From NCBI GenBank assembly GCA_904063045.1, contig CAJFCJ010000006.1, positions 4,914,408 through 4,978,407 on the forward strand: DNA of 64,000 nt, given 5' to 3'. The notes beneath the pieces were generated by a model. That model was not told where the DNA came from. It did no database searches and was given only the letters and a program-made list of their open reading frames with translations. Within the stretch, counting starts at the first letter, position 1; the number at the start of each line of letters is the position of its first letter. The translations under genes were made by a program, and so were the position numbers. The DNA comes from Dimorphilus gyrociliatus (lineage: Eukaryota > Animalia > Annelida). This document shows positions 11,787 through 22,403 of the stretch, piece by piece.

Positions 11787-14700
11787 TTATTCGGCAATAA
11801 CTAGTTTTCTAGGAAAACTGTCGTCTGAATCACAATCTTCCTCTTCATTCCGTTTAATAATATCCGGCTTAGTTACAATAGGCTTTTTTGGAACCTTCTT
11901 CCCAGCACCGTCTTTCTTACCTTTTGCAGCTTTTTTCGGTTTATCACTTTTTTTCTCTTTGTCCTCAGTCTTCTTCGCCTGCTTTGGTTGTTTAGGTTGT
12001 TTAGGCTGTTTAGGTTGTTTAGGTTGTTTAGGTTGTTTAGGTTCCTTAGGCGGCTTTGGCTGTTTTGGTTGTTTAGGCTGCTTAGGTTGCCTTGGCTGTT
12101 TAGGTTTAGGTTCTTTAGGCTGTTTGGGCTTTTTCCCCTTGGGTTTCTTATCACTTAAAACGTTGGTTAAAGTAGCAGACGAAGAATCTAATAGTTCTTC
12201 AACTGGAGTTGAATTGTTAGCTGGTAGAGTATCAATTTCAGTTGGAACAGGTGTATTGCAAGCCGTTGACGTATCGGTTCCATCTGTCAATACTTGACCA
12301 ACAAGGTCTTCGTGCTCCGTACAAAATACCTTGCTTGAGTCCGTTTCTGGATCTGGTACCAATACTATATTACCATCAATATGATCTGAACAAAATGAGT
12401 TTGGGCACTCTTGACACATTCCTTTTTCAGTCACAGGTTTTCCGCAAATATCGCAAAAGTGCCAACCGCAAATCCACTTCCCTTTAGGTACTGAGTGTAA
12501 TTCAACACATTCCTTATGATAGCACTTGGGACAATTATTCTGATCACACAAGACCAAATCTCCCCCATCGCCACAATGATAACAGCTATCCTCATGCTTC
12601 CTTAGATGCATAAGTGAAGAAAGTGATCTCTTTTTTCTTCTCTTTTTCTTCTCTCTCTTCTCTTTTACAGGTGGTACTGGTCGTTTAGGTGGAGCTCCTA
12701 TAAATCCACTACAATTGGGAGAATCACAAGAGCACTTTTTTAAGCTATTTCCAAGGGCATCCAGATTGTAATTAAATGTTAACTCTTCTCCAGCTTTGAT
12801 GTTCCTATTTGCGAAAAGACCCACCCGATCATCGTCTAAAACATTCCATTTCTGAGTATCACAGTTAGGTTGGCAACTGTGGTTAATATAACGAGCTAAA
12901 TTGCCTCTTGGACCAGCGTCTATAAATCTGTTTTATTACAATGTTACGTATTAGTATACGGCTATTTATAAATATATAAATATGTAGAGCGAGTTTAATT
13001 TACACTCTGTTTTTATCTTTTACCTGTGCTTGTCCAGTGTAAGTATGTAGAAGTGAGAAACATCAAGTTCATCATACTTTTTGAGTCGGTGTTTGCATTC
13101 TTCCTCATCAATTACATCTCCTATATATTCAATTACGAAATCGCCAACTTTTATATCGTATTTTGCCTTTAGTCCCCAACCTTTCATGGACGTCCTAATA
13201 GGTACTGCTTCAACCCATTCTCGTTTTTGAAAACGCCTATTTTGACAGCGTTCTCCCGCTGGACAAATATCAACATTACATTCTGCCAAGGCCAAACGAT
13301 TCCAACATTGGCTTTGTGGTCCACAGGCGTCAGTGATAGAACAGTGACATGGTGTTGGCTCAAATTTCGGTTTTCTAGGTGCTGTTTTCCCAACGTATAT
13401 GTTAGATTCAATTAATCTATAAGTAGACTTTTCGTTTCTCATCTCACTTTCCATTTTTTCCTTAAACTCCACCCATTTGGTAAAAGCTTTTCCAGCATCT
13501 TCGATAGCTTTAAATAACATACGTTTAGAAAATCATGCTTTTTAGATTGAATATGTAAACTCTTACCTCGTTGGAAAGCAACTGCTAATGATTTATTTCC
13601 ACTAACTGATGTTTTTGATTTAGTATCACCCTCTTGGAAAAGAAAAACTCGAGCCTTATGCGACCAAAAGAAATCGTATGATCCGAAAAATCGAACAGCA
13701 AATTCGCCAGCATCGTGACCCAATTGTAAGATCTTTTCTGGTATATTTCGTGGGTGACAGATCTCTCCCGGCCACCAGCGATATTGTCCAACTTTAACCC
13801 AGACAATATCGCCATAGTGAGGTACTTTACCAACGATACAATCTGAACACAGCCAAGGTTCATTTTCTTTCACTTCAGTGGCTATACATTCTTTATGGAA
13901 TGCTAGGGGGCAACCATCACAACAGACCAATGTACCTCCGGCTAATTCTAATGGGAAAAACATGAAACAAAATTATTAGTAACATTTAAGCTCCAAATTT
14001 TCTCTATATAAAACAAAATACCTTTCTGGCAATTTAAGCAACTACTATAATGAATTCTCGCATGATGGCTGTTTGACTTTTTGGGAATGAAATGTTTACT
14101 GCATATCATATTCAGGCCAGCTAGATGACGGCATCCTGCAGCCACACAAAAGTCTGATATATGATAAGCAGTGGGGCACTTTATACACTTGTAAAATTGG
14201 CCTTTAGAAGCCTTACTGCGCCTATTTATCCAACAAGTCTGGCAGGTGTGTAGGGGACACTGGAATTTCTTATTATCAACGTTCGCTGTTGGTAACTCCT
14301 TCATACAAGCTTCATGGTAGAATCTATTGCAATTAGGCGTTGAACATTTAATCGTTGTGGAATCCCTCTTTGAACAGGAGAAGCAAGTATGAACATTTTC
14401 AGTGCAATCAGTGCAATAGAAGTCTTGTGCTGTATCCGTTATTTTTCTACCCTGAATGCATTTAACATGATACGAAGATGTGCATTTCTTGCATGTAATC
14501 ATTGTCGAATCACCCTTTTCTTTGTCACATTCCATACATATAGGTTTTTTTCTATAAAAAGGTGTGGTCATTAGTTTTAAAACCTCCAGAGTTTCTTCAA
14601 CGTTAAGTGGAGTAGCAGAAAAATCTACAGTAGGTTTCGTCAACTTAACGTGTTGCCTGGCTGGAGGAAGTGACTCTTCATTAGGTACACTTGAGTCGCT

Positions 14701-16279
14701 TCCATATAGCTCACTAACGTCATATTTCTTTTTAATCGTGCGCCGCCGTTTCCTCTCGTATCCATTGCCTTCGGCTTGATCAATACTTGGACGTTTCTCT
14801 TTAACTTGATCGACTCTTTCCACTTCACTCAGAGGAGGTGATTCGTCTTTTACTTTAGTTGAATTGTTCAACCATTCTTTTATTTGAACTAAATCATGGC
14901 CCATAGGTATAAATTTATTTTTGTCATCTATCTCCATTCCATTCCATTCTTCTTGTAATTTATCAATAATTCCTTTATCGTCTAAGAGAGGAAAGGATGC
15001 TTCAAATTCCTCTTTCTTGGTTTTACAAAATACTAGATATTGCTGCTGTTTCATGTTGGTCTCAGGATCAACTTTAAGCTTTTTGGCCGCATTATTCAAT
15101 TTCCTATTATCAGCCGATGCTCTTTTTCTTTTCCTAGTATTGTTTTTCTTAGGTTGCTCGACTGGAGGATATTGATAAACAAAAGCCTTGATACGCTCGT
15201 CAATTGGATACGTGCGAGCCATTTCAGCTTCGGATATGGCAAAATCCCAAGCATTTCTTAAATTTTTACTTTTAACTTCAAATCCCTATTACAGAAGAAA
15301 AGAAAAAAACATGAGTAAAATAGCTGTTAAGTAGATCTTTAAGAGTGAATACTAGATTCAAATATGATATCTACTTTCAATTTATTTATTTTTTAAGAGG
15401 AAATAAGAAATATAATAAAATTTTAACCTTAACAACTCCTCCTGATCTCCGTTTAGAGTTGTTCTTTGAGGCCAGTGTCTTTTTAAATTCTTCTATGTTA
15501 GGACCTGTGAACGGTTGCATAGATGATTCAAGTAGCCAGCCTCGCTCCCTTTCGTTGCCGAAATACTGGACATGGTATTCATAGGTTTTGTGCGAGTTTG
15601 TCTTTCTTCGGACGTATTTGTTAATGTATGGATCATACGATACCATTCCAGGCCACCATGGATGGCCCGTAACTCTTCCCCAAATCAATTGCCCTACACT
15701 CCAGTTAGCATCTCTTTCTTCATCTTGCAAATTCTCGGGTTTATACTCTTCACTTGGGGTTGGTTCAAAGTTCTCTGACTTGATCATATCAGTTCCATTG
15801 TCATTTTTTTGAGCACTATGTTCTTCCGCATCTTCGGTGATCTCAAGTTCACCATGAGCTTCGGCGTCGAGATCAGCTACTGTTTCCTGCTCGAAGTCAT
15901 CAGCTTCAACAGCCATTTCAGTTTCTTTAACATCCTCTGTTTCTTCCATGTCAACTTTCTTTTTATCTTTCTTTTTCTTTTTTTTCTTTGATTTCTTTTT
16001 TTTAAAAGATTGTCCATTTGATTCTGTCGACGTATTGAACTGGTCGGAATCAGATTTGGACGGACTGGATTGTCTACGGCAAATTCGGAGCTTTATTGGT
16101 GCATTTACCTTTGGTTCGGAGACATTCTCGCAAACATTATAGTCTTTTGGTATATCGTCTTTTTCCAGATTATTATTCGGTCCATCAGTTAAACTATCTG
16201 AAAGATTTGAATTTGATGGTTCACAAAATTCATCACCTTTTATGGTGCTATCGGGTTCGGTGTGTTGCTGCTCATCCAT
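11787..16279 (-). CDS. NSD2: NSD-family H3K36 methyltransferase (PWWP-HMG-like-PHDs-PWWP-AWS/SET/post-SET-PHD-C5HCH)
   Basis: PWWP1 (GHPWWPGM), HMG-like segment, PHD fingers, PWWP2 (YRWWPGEI), AWS (CSITDACGPQSQC), SET (ARYINHSCQPNC, ELTFNY) and a terminal PHD. The symbol denotes the family; invertebrates have a single NSD. Confidence 0.95.
11981..12130 (-). repeat. Coding 9-bp tandem repeat encoding (PKQ)n in the NSD C-terminus
   Basis: Repeated ggttgttta/ggctgttta units on the + strand; translation KPKQPKEPKPKQPRQPKQPKQ... Confidence 0.9.
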
Positions 16280-17108
16280 ATCGATAAATCGGTCTGTAAA
16301 ATGTTATACGCTTATAAACGTTGAATTATTTTAACAGATAAAGCATTTGCTAAATATCATTAGATTTTATAAGAGTCTTGTCCAAAAAACAATGTGCTTC
16401 AAGCCGACTTTATGATCTTTGCGACATTTTTCTAGCAAAACTAAAGGCAAATAATCGGAAAATATCGACGATTTTCATCAAGAAAAATCGCTGAGTTATA
16501 TTGAAAGCGCTAAGGCGGTTTATCAACCAAATTAACCTATAAGTATGCAAAGTTACAAAAGGTGAAATGCATAGGATACTGCAAAATCGCTTTTTTTGAC
16601 AAATCCTTACCAAAATCAATACGTATTTAGAAAAATAAATGAGAAAAACCTCCGATCGCGCACTATATACGATAAGTGGGAAAGTCGTTGATTGGATGAT
16701 GGGAACGAGGCGCGTGTTTCCGGAAGTTTTCAATGAACTTTATCTATCAATTAAGCCTGTATTGGAAGAAAGCTTACCGTTATAGGACATTTTCGAGCCT
16801 CTTGTTCAGTTTGATGTATGAATTTTCAGGTTAAAAAAAGATTAAAAAAGATTTTCTTTCCAATAACGCCATCTATAATGGAAAAAAGTCACTTTCAGTA
16901 TTTCTATCAGAACTCTCAAATATTCTTATCAGCTTCTTGGTAAAAATTTTTAAGCAATAGTTAATATTTAAAGTTGCTACCTTTTCTTTAAAAACCTATA
17001 GCTCGTAGGATTCCTACGTTGAAAAATCCTACAAACCACGATCCATAGATCTCTAGTGATATGGATCAAAATATGTTCTGATACCTTTTACTGTCCATAG
17101 AATTCGGA

Positions 17109-18053
17109 ATGTCTTCTTTAAAATCAGCTGCGAATTTGCATATATCAGCTAACGCGTCGGCATGCGCAGGAGATTTATGTAATTTTATTATTGAGAAGTC
17201 CAACGAAGCTATTAAAAAAAACGGTTTCTTTCGTGTTGGTTTGTCAGGTATTTGTATCTTGTATTGTCGCTCGTTTAAATTGATATCAGATGTTCAAATG
17301 TTGCAACAGGTGGAAGTTTAGTAAAATTTTTATCAGAAGAGCTGCCAAAGAAAAATATCGAATGGTCCAAGTGGAAGATTTTCTTTTGCGATGAAAGACA
17401 TGTACCCGAAGACCACCCAGAGTGTACTTTCACTCTATATGATAAAAGCCTCTTTAGTAAAGTTGGCATTCCAAAAGAAAACGTATTTAAAAACGATTCT
17501 AATTTAACAGGTTAAATCCAATATAAAATTCGTAATTTCTATTTAATCTATATATGTACATGTATATATTCACTACATAGTTGAACAAGCCGCTGAACGA
17601 TATGAAAAATTAATTAAAGAAGAATTTGAGACCGATAGCCCTAGATTCGATATGCTGTTGTTAGGAATGGGACCAGACGGTCATACCTGCTCACTATTTC
17701 CAAATCATCAACTATTGAATGTAAAAGATAAGATAGTAGCTTTTATTAAAGATTCTCCGAAGCCCCCACCGGAAAGAATAACTCTTACTATGCCTATTTT
17801 ATTGAATTGTGATAACGCAGTTTTCTGTTCATGTGGAGATGGAAAGAAAGAAATGGTCAAGGTAATATACTGATATATATATATATATACATGCATATAT
17901 AGATATATATTTATTCCCAACTTTTTCTATAACTTATAGGAAGTTCTGGAAAATCAAAATATGGATTTCCCTGCAGCTCGAGTTCAGCCGGTGAAGGGTT
18001 CTCTGCACTGGTTTATGGATAAAGGTGCTGCGGGATTGCTATCGAATATTTAA
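17109..18053 (+). CDS. PGLS: 6-phosphogluconolactonase, multi-exon
   Basis: FRVGLS|GGSL, FFCDERHVP, LLGMGPDGHTCSLFP, KPPPERITLT and LHWFMDKGAA motifs. Confidence 0.96.
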
Positions 18054-18525
18054 TTAAATTTTAAGCTAATAAATATTTCCTCTTATGAATTAATATAAAA
18101 TTGACTAAATATAACCTAAAAGTAATTAATGAACGTAATAAAAATTGCGCCCATATAGAGATTATTAATCAGGCCTACTACTACAGTTTAATTGAATGAT
18201 TATCTATAATTTGCAATACTCTTTCTATTAAAGGTTTTCTGGCGAAAGTAATGCGTTCCATATTTTAAATGGATTTGAGTTCGTTAGGAAGTGAATTAAT
18301 TACGCCTACTTAAAGAAGGTGCTCATAATTAGTATGATCTTTATCTTTTAAGCAGTACACTTACTTTTACAATACAAGAGTCTATTTTTATCATACACGC
18401 TCTAAATAGCAATTGTAATAAGGATAGATCATGTCTATACTTTTTTAGAAATACAGTATATTTATCATTCTCTATTTTTAAAAATCAACTTGATTGCTAT
18501 AATTGTTTAAAATTTCATTAAAATT

Positions 18526-18942
18526 ATGAATAATGAAAGAGTGTTTCTGGAGCAGACTATAGGAGATAATTATTTTGAAAATCGTAATAATCAACAAGTT
18601 TTACCACCTTTTGATATTCTTGCTAGTTTATCTCATAGATCTTCATCTCCAAAATCAATAATTACTTTACCAACAAAAGAAAAGAAGAAAGATATCAAAT
18701 TTATAAAATGCGTAGAAAAGTTAAAGAAAAATCAATTTTATCTAAGAAATTTTCATAGAAAAGACTTTTATTCTAAGCATTTAATCAACTGTACATCTAT
18801 TCTAGAAGCTAGTATAAGGAAATTGGTGGGCGTATATGTAAGAAAGGAGGACGTAGATAAATTGGAAGACGTCGTATGCCTACTGACTTGTATTGTTACT
18901 AAAATCAATACAATACGTTATATTATTCAAAAATCTATATAG
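18526..18942 (+). CDS. Hypothetical 138-aa protein, no recognisable domain
   Basis: ATG-to-TAG ORF of 138 codons in very AT-rich DNA where chance ORFs are short; no family recognised. Confidence 0.45.
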   Translation: MNNERVFLEQTIGDNYFENRNNQQVLPPFDILASLSHRSSSPKSIITLPTKEKKKDIKFIKCVEKLKKNQFYLRNFHRKDFYSKHLINCTSILEASIRKLVGVYVRKEDVDKLEDVVCLLTCIVTKINTIRYIIQKSI

Positions 18943-19892
18943 ATCTACTTTCTCTCTGTATGTACCACCATTAATTTGGTATTTTTCTTCTTCTCCTATT
19001 ATTCAGTATAAAATGTAACAAGTGAAAACAAAACAAGTTATTTGTTTGTTTTGATCATGTAAAATTGGATCTAACCAATTGAAACCGAAAACAAAATGAA
19101 CAAACATTTAAGTTTTTGTGTTTATATTTTTTCTCTCTTCCCCAATAAAAAAACATAAAATAAAGAAAAAATATAGAAAAACAAACTAAACAAGAAAAAC
19201 TGCAAAAAAAAAAAAATACTGAAAAATGGTTAACTTCTTTCATTTTGTTGCTTTGAACTCATTTTGTTTAATTTCGTATTTTTTTTAAAAAAAAAAACAA
19301 ACGCAAATTCACACTTTATTAATATTGAATTTCGTTGTTTTTTTTCTTTTTTTGAATGATCAAGCAAGAAAAAAAAAAACAAGATTAAAAACTTAAAACA
19401 GATCAATATGAGACTGAACATCAGTGATATATAGAAATCTTGGCAGGAGTGCTTTTTTTAAAGTATTTTATCAATATAACTATATATATATAAATACTAA
19501 TATATATTCTTAGTATGTATATATAAAGTTATATCTACCAACATTTTTATGGGAATGTTTTGGTCTTGTTTCTAAAGTGAAAATTTCTAACATTTGTTTC
19601 ATTTTACTTAAACTGTTTCTTCTTCTCGTTTTTTTTGCTTAAATCTAAATATTTTAAACGATGCTTAATAGAGAAAGGAAAAATGTGAAATTTTATTTAT
19701 TTTATATTTGTGGGTTTTTTTTTTTTAAGATATTTTTCGTGAACAAATTGAGTGGACATTTTTTTGTCTTTTCCTTTTTCTATTTTTTTATATAGAATAT
19801 CTAGTATCCTGTTTATAGGCTACTTTTCCATATTAAATGGAAAAGAAAAGAAAATTGTCTACAATAACTTCCTATTTTTGTTCTTGTTCTCT

Positions 19893-22353
19893 CTAACTTT
19901 GTGAATAGAGCTGCAGGTCTAATTTGACTACTAATTCTCCTGAAACTGCCTCGAGGAGTTTTAGTTTTTGTTGTACAGCACCTGGTGTTCTGGTTGAGGC
20001 GAAATGGTCGTCAGGAAGCAGGTCACTAGCTCTCACTTCTGTTCTCCCTAATAGAGCATTTGGGGCAAAAGGATCGCAATCGTATAGAGAAAAGCACAGT
20101 TTATCATTTTTTAAATCTCGAACTTCGACCTGCATGCTTTTATTCCATTTAGGATTAGTGCTGTTATGTACAACTTTGGTTCGTTGTTCGTGAGATCCCA
20201 TGGACATTTCGCAGTAAGGGTCGCAGCGGCCATTTGGTCCTGGACATAAATCAATTGCTTCAATAATTCTTATCAGTACTCTTCCGAGTGCTGGGGCTCT
20301 TCGTATTGAATGAGTTCTTTCTTTTTTCCTTTTTTCAGTATATTTATAATGATCTGATGCTTCTTTGATATTTGAAACCCATTTATCTCTTTCAACGTTG
20401 GATATAGCTATTTCATTGAAGAGTATATGTATTAATTATAATTATCTATGTATGCTATAGTAAAAAAATCATTTCATATTTACCTTTCAAGGAAAAGGCA
20501 TAATCTGAATTACTGACGCTAAATGTGTTAAGTTCTTCTCCAGCACTAACGTGAACTTCGTTTAGCATTAAAGGATTTTTATACATTTTAAATGAGTTGT
20601 TCTCTGTTAAATCTTTAGTATCGAATGAGAAAATTGATGTAACGCCAGTTCCCAGACTTTTATGTGGCGTTGTTAATAGGAAAAAGTCATTAAATAAAAA
20701 TCCAACTAATTCCTTGCCGCTTTTAGTCTTAAATAATGAACCAGAATAGCAAAATTTTCTTGGTCCAAGGCAATTTGTGGCCGAATTAAATGAAAACTTA
20801 ACATTTAATAGATCTACTTTTTCCTCAATCCATTCTAGTTTATCGGAATTGTCTTGCTCCTTAACAGCTTGATTAACACTTGTACATAATTCGTTGGCTG
20901 CTATCAAAGCTTCAGTTAATTGATTATATTCGCCATGTTTTGGTTCTGTCGCGCTAATTAAACGTTTAATAAGTAATGGATATCTAGTTACTCTCTGCAT
21001 CGGTTTAAGTAGGAAACTTTCAATGCTCATGTTCTGTTGTTTCATCTCCAATTCGTGAAGCAGTTGAGCAAATTTTGAGTTCGAATTTGTTAACTTTTGC
21101 AGATGTGCCCTTGACCGCAATTGACAGGAACAGTAACGAACGTAAGGTTGCATGTGCTGGAACTATTTTTTTTTGTTTTATAAAATGTAACATTAATAAT
21201 AATTTAAATGAATACTTATTTTAAGTAGCTTACTTTTTCGCATAATACATCAGCTATAAATAAGACAGAATTTCTATCCTTGCTCATTGTCTCCCTTACT
21301 CTGAAAGCTTGTACAAGCTTTGTACTACAAACAATCAACTGTGGCCAATTAACAAACAGAAGTTTTTCGTCTTCCTCCGTCATTACTGCTCTTAGGGGTT
21401 CAATAAATGTTTCAACAACACCGTTTAGATCTTGTAAATGAGTCTCTTCACTAGATAGCATTTCCTTAATAATCTTTTGTCGAGATATTTCGTCCTGTTG
21501 ACCATCTGAAAAAATGATTTATCCTTCACTAGTAAAGTTAATATTATCATCATTACTATTATACTAATTAGTTGCTCATCCTTTGATTTATATCTCTTAT
21601 AAGAGTATTTGTTTTTTTTTAAATGCAAACATATTTAGTTTGCAAATTATAGTAATTAGTCTTGTACAAAAAGGACAAAACAAAAGTAAGAATATTTAAG
21701 ATTCTTTCTTAACAATAATAGTAATAACAATAATAATATCTAATAATTGAAAACATCGTGTGTTTTACAACAAAGTCTTGTTATAATAGTATTACTATAT
21801 CAATTTATTTTTTTATAGTAATGAAAACAGGCAATCTGTCTCTACATCGTTGTATATAATCACTTCTTGTCTTGCCAAAGACTTGTATTTTCAATTCTTT
21901 TTATTGTTTAAAATTGTTTGTTTGCTTGTTTCATTGTGTATTAATTCACTTCTTTGATCATCGTATATTTTTATTTTCTTTTAACATGACGGCTAATATT
22001 AATTGAATCTATGTATGATATTTTCGTTTTCTTCTTTGAAAGCAATAAGATTTAAGAAACACAAATATTAGTTTAATCTATTTTTATGTATTTAACAATG
22101 TAATGTTAGTCGAGGTTTCTCTTTTATTTAATACCAAAATCTAGTTAACTAATACAGAGGCCCTGTTGAAAATCAGAATTCTTGTCCCATTGATGAAATG
22201 ATAATGAACGAAAAATAAAGTATTATAAGCAACGTCGATGCAGTGGACACTTTCTTTTCAAACAAAATAAATTACGTAACAAGCGGGCATTAGTATAAGA
22301 TATATTTATGAATATCTGGATATAAATAGACTTCTTGTTTACAGCATATATAT

Positions 22354-22403
<50 letters not shown>

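Noticed and set aside
11873-12297. Alternate-frame and antisense ORFs (NNL and GCL repeats) over the NSD tail
   Set aside because: By-products of the 9-bp (PKQ) repeat lacking stops in other frames.
17005-17075. Hairpin-ANANNA-hairpin resembling an H/ACA snoRNA
   Set aside because: The hairpins are ~28 nt (too short) and there is no terminal ACA box.
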